A stretch of DNA of 63,657 nucleotides, filler included, from Octopus bimaculoides (GCF_001194135.2; 4 parts of 4 records of this genome joined end to end with filler, not necessarily neighbours in it), one strand, 5' to 3'; positions 49,955 to 63,100 are shown, numbered from the whole stretch's first letter. Notes: a model not told the origin generated them from the letters alone. Translations and numbers: made by a program.

Positions 49955-50105
49955 CTTTTACCCTTTTACTTGTTTCAGTCATTTGACTGCGGCCATGCTG
50001 GAGCATCGCCTTTAGTCGAACAAATCGACCCCAGGACTTATTCTTTGTAAGCCTAGTACTTATTCTATAGGTCTCTTTTGCCGAACCGCTAAGTTACGAG
50101 GACGT
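49955..50105 (+). mobile_element. SINE 3' half (GCCGAAC/CAGTCAT-tail family)
   Basis: TTTTACTTGTTTCAGTCATTTGACTGCGGCCATGCTGGAGCA...GCCGAACCGCTAAGTTACG, shared with several other copies in the window. Confidence 0.82.
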
Positions 50106-50852
50106 AACCAAGAAGGGGGAAAATGAAAATAATGTTTTTTTTCCAAAAAAATGATAAATATGTAACAAAAATAAATATACCAATACATTATATTGTCTTT
50201 GAGCTTTTAAAGTTCGATGGTAATCCATGTAGATAATTGTTAGAAAGATTAGGATGCATGTATTTTAGTTTAGTGTTGTGTTTAAAAAGGCTGAATGTTT
50301 ATGTGTCAAACAGGAAATGTGGATAAGGGGAGACAATTCTGTGGGTTTATACTCTTTAGTTGGAGCTCTGGACTCATTGTCAACAGGAAGTTTATGTCTG
50401 TTCTTAGAGAATCAAGAAGTAAATTTATATGTATTTCATTGGGTAGGCGAGAGAAGGGAATATGGTCAACGAGGAGTTTGTATGTTAAGAAGTGTCTGGA
50501 ATTTTTCTATAAAAAGATTCTGCTTGTTGATTCTTTCTTGTGTAGAGATTCTGTCTTTTCATAGAAAGGGAATATAAGAAATTTAGGATTTTTAATTCTG
50601 GCGCAAGGGACTATATGGACACTGAGTGGAATTTGGCGGTGTTGTGGAATGTTTGCTGGCCACTTATATAATTTTTGTTATTTTATTATTATTATTATTA
50701 TTATTAATGATGATGATANNNNNNNNNNNNNNNNNNNNNNNNNNNNNNNNNNNNNNNNNNNNNNNNNNNNNNNNNNNNNNNNNNNNNNNNNNNNNNNNNN
50801 NNNNNNNNNNNNNTATATATATATATATATGTATATATGTAACAGATGGAAA

Positions 50853-51198
50853 TGGAAATAGCACAGAAGTAAGTCTAAGACATTTCAATTTAAGAAGAAA
50901 TTTGATAAAAACGATTTTAAAATTACATAAAGAAAATATTACTGGTTTCGGTGTATCTCGTCTAATCAAATATCGGTAAAAATTTGTAAGAATTCGAAGT
51001 AAAAACAGTTTATCTTCCTGTCTGGGAGTCAACAATATGTCTGTTTTTACTTCAAATTCTTATAAATTTTTACTGATATTTGATAAGATGAGATACATCG
51101 AAACCGGTAAAATTTTCTTTATATAATTAGAAAAAAAATTTTTTTTTAAATTCTTCCTTAAATTGAAATGTCTTAGACTTGCTTCTGTATTATTTCCA
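50853..51198. mobile_element. Foldback element: ~155-bp inverted arms with a 32-bp spacer
   Basis: 50853-51008 aligns to the reverse complement of 51041-51198 (e.g. AAGTCTAAGACATTTCAATTTAAG / CTTAAATTGAAATGTCTTAGACTT; GAAGTAAAAACAG / CTGTTTTTACTTC). Confidence 0.85.
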
Positions 51199-51904
51199 CC
51201 ACCATATTTTATATATAAAAATTTGATTTATGCACACACACACACACACACATTTATATATATAACGTGCTGTTGTTTTTCTTGTCGCACGGATCCTTGA
51301 GCGGGATATGCAATCCTGGCTAAAAGCACGAGAAACATACTCTAAACGTTATACACTTCTACCACAAACGACCTACTCAGAATTTCAGTGATTTTGTAAT
51401 GCAGAATTTACAAAATCAATAAGCACACAAATACTACCTCTATGAGAGTGGGTGTTCAACACATACATACATGCATATATATATATATATATATATATAN
51501 NNNNNNNNNNNNNNNNNNNNNNNNNNNNNNNNNNNNNNNNNNNNNNNNNNNNNNNNNNNNNNNNNNNNNNNNNNNNNNNNNNNNNNNNNNNNNNNNNNNN
51601 NNNNNNNNNNNNNNNNNNNNNNNNNNNNNNNNNNNNNNNNNNNNNNNNNNNNNNNNNNNNNNNNNNNNNNNNNNNNNNNNNNNNNNNNNNNNNNNNNNNN
51701 NNNNNNNNNNNNNNNNNNNNNNNNNNNNNNNNNNNNNNNNNNNNNNNNNNNNNNNNNNNNNNNNNNNNNNNNNNNNNNNNNNNNNNNNNNNNNNNNNNNN
51801 NNNNNNNNNNNNNNNNNNNNNNNNNNNNNNNNNNNNNNNNNNNNNNNNNNNNNNNNNNNNNNNNNNNNNNGAAGAAGAAGAAGAAGAAGAAGAAGAAGAA
51901 GAAG

Positions 51905-51936
<32 letters not shown>

Positions 51937-52236
51937 GAAGAAGAAGAAAAATGTGGGAGTGGTATGACAGTAGGAGGATGTTGGTGGAATTCTCTTAAAT
52001 GGTCAAGAGTGGTTGGAATAGAAGTGATTGGAATTGTTCTGAATAAATTTATGTGAAGTGACTGTACTGAATATATCGTTTTTAATATTTGCGTGTGTGT
52101 TATTCTAAGGCCCTGGTAATAGTGTCATTTGTGGTGGATGCATTCAAAAGGGGTTTATATTTTACGATAAAGAGTGACTCTTTATTAATGTGCTGACTAC
52201 AGGTTGTATCGTCCTTGAATTGATATGTGTGTGTGT

Positions 52237-52268
<32 letters not shown>

Positions 52269-53239
52269 CTGTGCGCGTGTATGTACAAATATATACATAT
52301 ATACGTGTCTGCATGTTTGTGTATGTGTGTGTATGTACGTATCTATATACTGTAACACGATGTCTATCTGTAGATTGGTGACTGTGCATGATTGCTTACA
52401 TACATGAACTAGTATGAACTGGTGGGCGGTGCGAGGTACTGGACCTTACTAGACGCGAGATGTCCTTGCAGACCTTTCACCAAAGGAAGTGAGTGGGGTT
52501 TGAAACTTTTATTCACTAGTAGTAACCGCTTGCTGAATAAACGTAATGAAGTTTTGCATCCACAGGAAGTCTCAGAGCTCCTGGCACGACTGGGTAAATC
52601 TTAAGTATAACAACGACAAGATTGTCCAGTTATCAGCTTTCACCCAACTTGTTAATTAATGATCACGTTTCTGTCTCTCACTTAATTTTATTGCTTTTGC
52701 CTTTTGTACTTCTTTTGTATTTCTGTGGTACTTTCAGAAGGATTAGTTAGATAAGTCATATAAAGTGTGATTTGCCAAAATAATAATTAATTTTTTCGTT
52801 TTAAGGGTCAATCCGATATCGTTGATAACTGTCAAAATTATCTCGGTTGGTTTTAATTACTACCAGGCAAACATGGTTTGTTTTATAACGGTAATTTTAG
52901 AAATTCAGTAATAATCATTTGAGACACTTCAACCATCGTATGGAATGATGAACTGTGACTAATATCCGAAAACAGATACAAAACGTTGTATGCAATTTTA
53001 TCCGCTAGTGTGTATCCCCTTGCCTACACCTGGAACCTCTTAACGGGGCTCTAGGGACAGGCGGGGCTAGAGGAATATTTTAACACTTTCAACAGGCCTG
53101 ATAGTTGCTACACCATGTATCGAACATATACACCTTTGCAATTTTGGACGGTTCGGGTTACAAAGGTTCTACATGCACAATTTGTTATGACGGGTGTTAG
53201 TTATGTGATAGTTTACTACACCTCTCCAAATTGTAAAAC

Positions 53240-53400
53240 TGTGGTAAGAAGCTTGCTTCACAACCTCACGGTTCCGGGTTCAGTCTCACCGCGTGGTACC
53301 TTGGGCAGGTGTCTTCTGCTATAGTTTTGGTCCGAACAAAGCCTTGTCAGTGAATCCGGTAGACGGAAACTTAAAGAAACCCGTCATATATATATATATA
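53240..53400 (+). mobile_element. tRNA-derived SINE with CORE-like segment
   Basis: GTGGTAAGAAGCTTGCTT...GGTTCCGGGTTCAGTC...ACCTTGGGCAGGTGTCTTCTGCTATAG...GTAGACGGAAACT.AAAGAAACCCGTC, ending in (TA)n. Confidence 0.78.
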
Positions 53401-53970
53401 NNNNNNNNNNNNNNNNNNNNNNNNNNNNNNNNNNNNNNNNNNNNNNNNNNNNNNNNNNNNNNNNNNNNNNNNNNNNNNNNNNNNNNNNNNNNNNNNNNNN
53501 NNNNNNNNNNNNNNNNNNNNNNNNNNNNNNNNNNNNNNNNNNNNNNNNNNNNNNNNNNNNNNNNNNNNNNNNNNNNNNNNNNNNNNNNNNNNNNNNNNNN
53601 NNNNNNNNNNNNNNNNNNNNNNNNNNNNNNNNNNNNNNNNNNNNNNNNNNNNNNNNNNNNNNNNNNNNNNNNNNNNNNNNNNNNNNNNNNNNNNNNNNNN
53701 NNNNNNNNNNNNNNNNNNNNNNNNNNNNNNNNNNNNNNNNNNNNNNNNNNNNNNNNNNNNNNNNNNNNNNNNNNNNNNNNNNNNNNNNNNNNNNNNNNNN
53801 NNNNNNNNNNNNNNNNNNNNNNNNNNNNNNNNNNNNNNNNNNNNNNNNNNNNNNNNNNNNNNNNNNNNNNNNNNNNNNNNNNNNNNNNNNNNNNNNNNNN
53901 NNNNNNNNNNNNNNNNNNNNNNNNNNNNNNNNNNNNNNNNNNNNNNNNNNNNNNNNNNNNNNNNNNNNNC

Positions 53971-54185
53971 TTTGAATTACAGGCACAACAGAAACAGGAA
54001 GTAAGAGTGAGAGAAAGTTGTAGTGAAAGAGTACAGCAGGGTTCGCCACCATCCCCTGCTGGAGCCTTGTGGAGCTTTTAGGTGTTTTCGCTCAATAAAC
54101 ACTCACAACACCCAGTCTGGGAATCGAAACTGCGATCCTATGACCGCGAGTCCGCTGCCCTAACCCGCTGCCCATTGCGCCTCCA
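53971..54185 (-). mobile_element. tRNA-derived SINE (family of 37480-37796)
   Basis: Highly similar to 37585-37796; left side lost in an N gap. Confidence 0.85.
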
Positions 54186-55683
54186 CCCCCGTAACATAGG
54201 GGTTCGGTAAAAGGCACCGATAGACTAAATTCTAGGCTTCGATTTCTTCGACTAAAACCCTTTAAGGCGGTGCTCCAGCATGGCCGCAGTCAAGTGACTG
54301 AAACAAGTAAAAGAGTAAACGAATATAAGAAAAGACTAACTATGCTTACAGTACGGTCACTTTACCTACGTGGCAATATCGCATGGTTTAAGTTCTGTGT
54401 GAGTGCCCAATGAATGATATCAGGAGGCTGTGTTTGGCTATGATTTTTGTATACATGTGCGATTCTTTGTGTACACGCGTATGTGTACTTCTGCACGGTT
54501 TGATGGAGCCGCGAGTGTATGTGTACTTGTATTCGGGCCGATGAACACGTCTACATGGAGTTAAATATGTATGCGTGCATAACGATGCTCAACAGTTGGT
54601 TTGCATTCGTCAGGGTTTTAAAGATGTTTTCGAACCGAATAACACTGGATGCGCACACACGTGCTTACACACACGCTCGCGCGCGCACACACGGTAGTAT
54701 ATGGGTATATATATATATATATATATATATACATACATGAGCAGTGTGGTATTTCATATAGGGAAAGTGATAGGTGGTTCAGCAATCTTGGTTACGGACC
54801 TTGTCATCATTTACAGACGAATGCACTTCATGACTCTAATGTTTAAAAACTATATTTGGTACAGAAAAATGCGGTTATTAATGAAATATTACATACAAAA
54901 ATTACACCATACAGAACCGTTCACAATATCAATATTAATGAAATATTAAATCAAGTTAGACGCGACTGAAATCTATCTAAAATTCTTATATACATTGGTA
55001 GTATACGGTGAGTAGCTGTGGAATGTTTAGAGTGACCAGCTCGTAGACATAACACTAATCATCTGACACTTTATACAACATAAAACTATCAGAAAATGAA
55101 ACAGAAATGAATATATTAGTATATTACTGTGTTCATTATATGTCTACCGTAATCATTCCAGGAAGTAATTATTTTAGTACAAACTCTCAAATGGTGACAC
55201 GTGCAAAATGAGTAGAACTCCTTAATTCGATAATATAATATTCCACAAGTACAAAATATGTTATCACAGAGAAATATATGTATTATTAAGGTTTTCAGAA
55301 ATACAGCAGACAATTGAAATATTTATAGAGCAGTGATGAGGTGCTATATCGCTAACAATCACAAATATTACATTATTACATATTATTAACCTAGTTTTCT
55401 TCAATCATTATCGGGGACACAGGATGTAGACTAACAACGTAAAAGCAATAATACGGTAATTAGATTTTATTTACTGACTTCAAAATGAACAGATTAGTTG
55501 GAACAGTAAAGATAACATCAATTATGAGTGTGAACAGCAAAAGTGCTGTAGAGGGAGGAGAGAATACATTTTGTCAAACATATGTTGTTAGACTTGAATA
55601 GATGGCAGCAATTCAATAGAGAAACTATGCATTGTAGTTAGGAAAAAATAGACATATATGCTTGTAGAAACAAACATACATGC

Positions 55684-55731
<48 letters not shown>

Positions 55732-56594
55732 NNNNNNNNNNNNNNNNNNNNNNNNNNNNNNNNNNNNNNNNNNNNNNNNNNNNNNNNNNNNNNNNNNNNN
55801 NNNNNNNNNNNNNNNNNNNNNNNNNNNNNNNNNNNNNNNNNNNNNNNNNNNNNNNNNNNNNNNNNNNNNNNNNNNNNNNNNNNNNNNNNNNNNNNNNNNN
55901 NNNNNNNNNNNNNNNNNNNNNNNNNNNNNNNNNNNNNNNNNNNNNNNNNNNNNNNNNNNNNNNNNNNNNNNNNNNNNNNNNNNNNNNNNNNNNNNNNNNN
56001 NNNNNNNNNNNNNNNNNNNNNNNNNNNNNNNNNNNNNNNNNNNNNNNNNNNNNNNNNNNNNNNNNNNNNNNNNNNNNNNNNNNNNNNNNNNNNNNNNNNN
56101 NNNNNNNNNNNNNNNNNNNNNNNNNNNNNNNNNNNNNNNNNNNNNNNNNNNNNNNNNNNNNNNNNNNNNNNNNNNNNNNNNNNNNNNNNNNNNNNNNNNN
56201 NNNNNNNNNNNNNNNNNNNNNNNNNNNNNNNNNNNNNNNNNNNNNNNNNNNNNNNNNNNNNNNNNNNNNNNNNNNNNNNNNNNNNNNNNNNNNNNNNNNN
56301 NNNNNNNNNNNNNNNNNNNNNNNNNNNNNNNNNNNNNNNNNNNNNNNNNNNNNNNNNNNNNNNNNNNNNNNNNNNNNNNNNNNNNNNNNNNNNNNNNNNN
56401 NNNNNNNNNNNNNNNNNNNNNNNNNNNNNNNNNNNNNNNNNNNNNNNNNNNNNNNNNNNNNNNNNNNNNNNNNNNNNNNNNNNNNNNNNNNNNNNNNNNN
56501 NNNNNNNNNNNNNNNNNNNNNNNNNNNNNNNNNNNNNNNNNNNNNNNNNNNNNNNNNNTATATACATACATGCATATATACACACATATATATA

Positions 56595-57473
56595 CACGGT
56601 CTGATCAATAAATATCCGAACTGTTGCCATAGTAACTAAGCTAAATCCGGCAGAGTGAAGTCGCTTGGCAAAGATTGGCCTTGAAAAGACTCTGCTGAGC
56701 ATGTGCACCAAGTTTTAACGTTCTAGCTTACTTCCGCTGTTTACAGCAGTATTTTAAAGGAAGGCGTGTAGCGTTTGATCGTCACGTTGACCATGACAGA
56801 GAAAGTTATCATGGCGATACCTGCTCAGAGACCTAAGTTTATATAGAAGGGTGTATGAGTTTCACACAAGTGTACGAGTGATTCAAGCGTTTCCAAGCAG
56901 GCCGGGAAGATGTTGATATTGACGAATATTCTGGGAGACCCGCAACCAACAGAACTATGTAAAACCTCGCGGACGTGCGTGCAGCTGTGAGGAGAACTCA
57001 TCTAATCACCATCCGTGAGTTATCAGAAGATGTGTAGATTCGTTACTGTTCAGTTCAGTCCGTTATCAATGAAGATTTGGCTATGAGACGCGTGTCTGCC
57101 AAGCTTGTACCAAAAACCGCTTTTAGCTGGCCAAAAAGACACTCAGGATTCAGTTGCATAAGATCTTGTAAATTATGTTGAGAAGGATGAAAACTTTTTG
57201 AAAACTTTGCGTAGGCCTCTTAGTGGGTATCACCAAGCTTTTGGAAAAATTTGATGCAGATTCTCTCCTCAACTTTCTCTGACCTGATCAATGCAACGAT
57301 CGCACGTTACACACTTTCCCTCCAAGCAGTGCTGTAAACAGCGGAAATAAGCTAGAACGTTAAAACTTAGTGCGCTTGCATAGCAGTGCTCAAGGTCAAT
57401 ATGCGCCAAGCGTTTTACTCTGCGGGCTTTAACTTCGTTACTATGACAACAGTCCGAATGCTTATTGATCAGA

Positions 57474-57478
<5 letters not shown>
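56595..57478 (+). mobile_element. mariner deletion derivative with very long (~200-280 bp) inverted ends
   Basis: TA|CACGGTCTGATCAATAA...TTATTGATCAGACCATA|TA. The interior encodes a decayed transposase N-terminus (MS.TQVYE.FKRF..GREDV..DE.SGRP...TIRELSED...LAMRRVSAKLVPK). Confidence 0.9.
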
Positions 57479-57552
<74 letters not shown>

Positions 57553-58141
57553 TGAAGAACCTGAACCAAAATGAGTTATATGGTGTCAGCCAGAGAGCAG
57601 TACAGCAGCTTTACGTCGAAGAGTGTGAACCAGAAAGGAATCTGATCACGTTCACATTCATGAAAAACGCATTCATCCGGCCACCAGGTTTCCCATATAT
57701 GAAATCCGATATGTGCATGGTGCTATTGAGGAAAATTGAGTAGTAGACGATCAACTTGTGCACACTACGAATCTCAATTTCCTAATATATTCTAGATGCT
57801 CTTAACGCCAAATCAACAAATGGCCAGCTTGTAAATGTCCCGAATGTTGTCATGAAGAACCTTGCGAAGGTACTTGTTAACTCGCCCAACTCATTACTGC
57901 CATTGTTGCATTCAGAGATGATGATCAGAAAGAGAGTAATGGTAAAAAAAAAAAAACGTTCAGAAAATAACAGCAAACGGTTATGTGACAATATTAAAAA
58001 TAACTAATCTCCAAAAACCCAAAATATATTTTTTAATACACTTTTTTATGTTTTTCGAAATAATTGGAAATTTTTCTTTGTTCCGTTGGTATTGAAATGC
58101 AAATAATTAATTTTGAAGAAATTTGAATAATAATGATGATG

Positions 58142-58199
<58 letters not shown>

Positions 58200-59202
58200 C
58201 AATAATAATAATACCTTCATACCATAAATTTAGTAGTACTAATTTTTTAATGCATAATTCCATTAATTTGTTACATTTTAATATATATTTTCATATCTTT
58301 TTGAATATGTTTTTAGTTATTTGTAATTTTGGATAATTAATTATGCTAGAAAATATAATTATTGTATTTTGACATAAAGGAGAACGTTGTTTTCAACGAA
58401 AAATAATATTGTTTTGGGAAGTGGTACTTCTAATGAGTACTAAATCCATAAAATTAATTTAAATATGATTTAAAAATTTTTATACTATTACTTGGTACAA
58501 TTTTGTTTTTGAAAGTTTCTCGTCCATCTCAAGTTCACATTATTGAAACGCCCATATGGTTTTTACAATACAAAAATATATCATGCAAAGTTGTTAGTTG
58601 ACTAAAAATTTACACTCTTCGGATGCCAGATACGCAAACATTTATAGGTAAATGACGTCATAAATTGTAATGTCATATTGTATCATCATAAATATTGAAA
58701 TTTATGTTGTATTACAGAGTTTCCAGCAATATATTTAAAGCCACGTTCTCATAACAACATTTGATGCAGTTTTCAGCGCATCACAAAGAAGATTTTGTCC
58801 ATCCTGCTCAGGTTTCCTACCCAGAATCAATTATTCATTACGTAATTGAAATTAAGTTAATCAAAACTATGACGCCAAACTTTCTGAGTATTTGATAGCA
58901 ATGACTTATGATCATATTTTAAACCACCGTGTAACCCAATATATCTAATCAATAATCTCTTAAACTACCTAAAGTATCTCTATTATTTTCCTCGGAAGAT
59001 ATCATTACCGTCCTGCCTGTTCATTGATGTATCCTCAGATACAGCAACACAAAATTCTCAAAGTTTTCTTCGAGAATAAAAGCATATTTTAAGGTCTGTA
59101 AACGAAAAATTAAAAGGTTTTTCATCACTAGATGTTCTCATTCACATTACTGCAGAAGGAAAAGTAATTAAAAATGTATCCTATAAATAATTAATGCAGG
59201 TA

Positions 59203-59419
59203 CGAAGGGGTGCTGACAAGTTCCTGGCATTGGGTAGAAGAAAATAGAGAAGGATCAGTTAATTATGATTTTATTTAACATATTCCCCTCTCAGATTCAC
59301 ACACTCATTGCAGCGGTCCTTCAGTTTTTCTATGCTCTGTAAAAGAACTGGGAAGATTGGGCCTCCAGCCAGGTCTTTCGCGAGATCCCCACTGCCAGGA
59401 GCTTTTCAGTACTTCTTCG
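59203..59419. mobile_element. mariner-type MITE (217 bp), TA target-site duplication
   Basis: TA|CGAAGGGGTGCTGACAAGTTCCTGGC...GCCAGGAGCTTTTCAGTACTTCTTCG|TA; ~26-bp imperfect terminal inverted repeats. Confidence 0.85.
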
Positions 59420-60914
59420 TATTAAATAATTGATTTCGGTTACTTTTTTAAATAAAAGATTTCAACTTTCCTAAAGACTTTTCAGCAGCAGTAAAAGCAT
59501 AAATTTATTTTGAATTACAAACTATTTGGAATTTTTTAATTTAGCCATAGAGGTCAGACTCAGAACGGTAAACAAAGACTATTAACTATAATGGGTCTTT
59601 GATATTTAAAATAGCATTGGCAATTTTTTTTATCACCAACAAAAAATGCTTTTATAGATTTATATAATTGCTCTATTCAAAAAATTAATTTTCATAAATA
59701 TAATAGGCTAATCAAATTTGTATAAATTTGATAAATATATAATTTTGTCTGTTTTCTCTATAATAAATATACTTTTTATACTAAATATAAACAACAATAA
59801 AAACAAAGATGTAAACATATACATGATTAATAATCATTGTCAGAAATATAAAAAAAAATATAAAAAAAGAAAATTAATTGAAATTAATATAAAATATTTT
59901 TAATTATAAAAAAGTTCTCCATTGACCCATTGCAGTGGGTGAATGGAGGATTTGTTTTCTAATTATAAATGTTTCCTAATTATAAATATAATAATTTAAA
60001 TATATATTTACTTTAAGTTTATGTACAAAGCTTTAATTTTTCACAAGATTTATTAGTGATTACGGTTAAATTTGTGTACCTTTTACCTCAATTTTCTTTT
60101 ACGCTATACAAATTTTGTTGCATTAAAAAAATTTTAATTCGTATCATTTAGATCTCTTAAAGAATTCTAACTATACTATTGTTTGTTTTTGAAATTATAA
60201 GATATATCATAATGTACATAAAATAGTAGTTGTTATTCATTTCTGATTTGATCACGTTCTACTCCAGTGTTTTTGTTTACAGCACTATGTATAAAGTGGT
60301 TACAGAAATAAATTCTTTTTATAGTGACTTTTCTAGGAAGCATTGTTAAATTAAATGTCTGGCAAATGTAACACAGATATGGCTTCAATGCATATTTTGC
60401 CCCTAATCTTATTCAAATTTGACAACTTTATCATCCAAATTTTTTCTACAGCTCCAATTCTGATGAAGTTGACAGAATTAAATTCCACTTATTGAGATCG
60501 TGTAAGTGTAGTGAAATCAGAAATGTAAAAGACATAAGGAATTTATATAGTTTAGACGTTGCACTTATATGTTTCCCATTTTTGATAAAACATTTTTTAA
60601 TCAGCGAATTTTCTATTATAATCTCAAAATGTAGCTAAGCACTGGACCCTTTCAATGAGCTTAATCGCATTAAACTTGGTAAGGAATTGAATTAGCAAGA
60701 TGGTGAGGAAGTCATTGCAAAAAAAAAAAAAATGTAAAGTCTGACATTAAGAATATTATTCACGCATTGTTCTGGTTGAAGGATATAACGTGAGATTGAG
60801 TTAGGACTTCAAACGCACCAGCATAATACCAGGAATATTTGTGCTTGTGATGTTAATATTTACAGTTTGTGATGTATTTTTGCGTGCATAAACTGCATGC
60901 GTATTATATTGTCA

Positions 60915-60931
60915 TATAGATAGATAGATAT

Positions 60932-60982
<51 letters not shown>

Positions 60983-61027
60983 CATACATACATACATGCA
61001 TACATATATTCATACATACATAAGTAC

Positions 61028-61082
<55 letters not shown>

Positions 61083-61085
61083 TAC
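60915..61085. repeat. Compound (GATA)n-(CATA)n-(TA)n microsatellite
   Basis: Direct tandem repeats visible. Confidence 0.95.
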
Positions 61086-62165
61086 ATGGGTACTACCTGC
61101 CCATGCGACACGATGTTGTCACAAGATAATATACGGAAAAGAGATTGTCCAGGAATAAATATAGAGAATCCCTCTGGTATCAAATACATGCATAAAAATC
61201 AACAGAAGGAATACTAGTGTAACATCTCTTGAAAATCAAAAACAAAGAGAATAACTTTTGGAAACTGCTTCGAAACGCCCACCTTTTATACCCAGATTAT
61301 AAATTCACATTTATGTCAATAATAGACAGTTAGACAGATAGATAGTTAGAGAAACAGGGAGATAAACGTTTCAAATGAACGTAAGAATTCAATATACTGT
61401 ATGGGTTATATTTGTTGGGAATCAGTCAATGAGTCATTCCATCATTCGTTACTTGGAGTTTCAACCAGGGGTGGTAGACCAGGAGTATAATTTCAATATA
61501 TATTTTTGAATAATCATTTGGACTGGTGGATTCAACACTATGTTGGCTGCAGTTATAGACTTTATAGAATAGTGTAATCAAACGATCAAAACCAGACCGT
61601 ATCTGTAAGAAAATACTATGCATGTTCACTATTTATGGATACAAAAAAATAACTGAACATATGTTCAGTAGATGCAGTATATAGTAAGAAAGAAGCAAGA
61701 ATTTGGAAGTAATTTAAGTCCTATGTGTCAGAAATTCATGCAAGACAGAAAATATACATTTCAGAAGAAAAGAGAGAAATAAAGCGAGGGATAGTGGGAA
61801 AGAAACAGCGAATGAGTGAGTGAGGGAGTGAGGGAGAGAGCGAGAGAAAGGGTGAGAGAGAGCTGAAAGAGAGAATGAAACTTAACCATCTCATAAATCA
61901 ATTACATTATATATTAAAGTGACATGCTTAATATTGAACGGAATTAAGAAAAACAAAAATAAGATAAAACGAGAAAATGAAGGAAACTTACGAGTAATTT
62001 TAAAACGTCGCCAGTCATTTACAAAACAAGCAACGGTATTGTGTCACTGGCAGTTCATAGACGTGGGACGAAAATTTGTTAACACATTATATTAGACTGT
62101 ACAATTAGAAAGAAACAGATTTTCGCTTTCGGAAATCTTTAAAAATAATTTTCCACTATAGAATT

Positions 62166-62214
<49 letters not shown>

Positions 62215-62354
62215 ATATATATATTTATATATATATAGATATATATACATGTGTGTGTGTGTGTGAATGTATAAATATACATATATTTATATACATATAT
62301 ATGATACATATGCACATATATATATATATATATCCATACGTATACATTATATAT

Positions 62355-62454
62355 NNNNNNNNNNNNNNNNNNNNNNNNNNNNNNNNNNNNNNNNNNNNTT
62401 AATTAATTAANNNNNNNNNNNNNNNNNNNNNNNNNNNNNNNNNNNNNNNNNNNN
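62355..62454. other. Artificial scaffold join (44 N + TTAATTAATTAA + 44 N)
   Basis: Same 100-bp construct as 21770 and 46191. Confidence 0.95.
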
Positions 62455-62959
62455 CCCCCCCGTTTCATGTGGAAGTAAGGTCGTTGTTGTTACTGTAACT
62501 ACTTCTCATTATTCATTGTAATTACCACCACCATCATCATCATCATCATCATTATTGTCATTGTCACTGTCGTCCCTGTTGTCATGACAACTTGTACGGA
62601 AATAAGCAACTTTTAATTACCGCAGCATAGTTGCCAGCTACCTCCCCAACATCCGCCTCCGCCCTTCTCTATCAGAACAAAGCATTATCTGTTATCAACA
62701 AGAGAGCCACAGCATGGTCTTTCGGTATGCTAGAAATAGCAGCCAAATGACCTTCAAATTACGCATCGGATTTGCATAATTTTTTTTTTAAAGCAGATTG
62801 GTCATGGGTGGAATAATTTTGATCACAGTATTGTCTCTTAGAGCTGTGCAGAACAACAGGAAAGAGCACATAATAGCATCACTTCAATATAAAAAGTCCC
62901 AACATGGTTCTGCTTGTAGTTACCGAGTCTTCAGTTAATACTTCTTGTTATAGGTACAG

Positions 62960-63100
62960 GCGTGGCTGTAGTAAAAAAGCTCTCGTTGTAACCAGGTGGT
63001 TTTGGGTTCAGTCTGCCTGCATGGCACCTTGGACAAGTGTCTTCTGCTATTGCTCTGGGCTAACCAATGGATCTTGTGAACAGATCTGGTAGACAGATGT
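62960..63100 (+). mobile_element. Diverged tRNA/CORE-like SINE
   Basis: GGGTTCAGTC...GGCACCTTGGACAAGTGTCTTCTGCTATTGC...GGTAGACAGA, homologous to 53240-53400. Confidence 0.65.

Noticed and set aside
24659-56711. Many long ORFs in the track made of X runs or YI/HT/CV/LS repeats
   Set aside because: They are translations of N gaps and microsatellites, with no coding evidence.
58985-59095. Minus-strand segment with a good acceptor (TTTCGTTTACAG) and donor (GTAATG)
   Set aside because: All three frames of the 87-nt segment contain stops; no other support.
60462-60485. CTGATGA followed by a weak hairpin
   Set aside because: No GAAA or stem I; better explained as part of the candidate exon.
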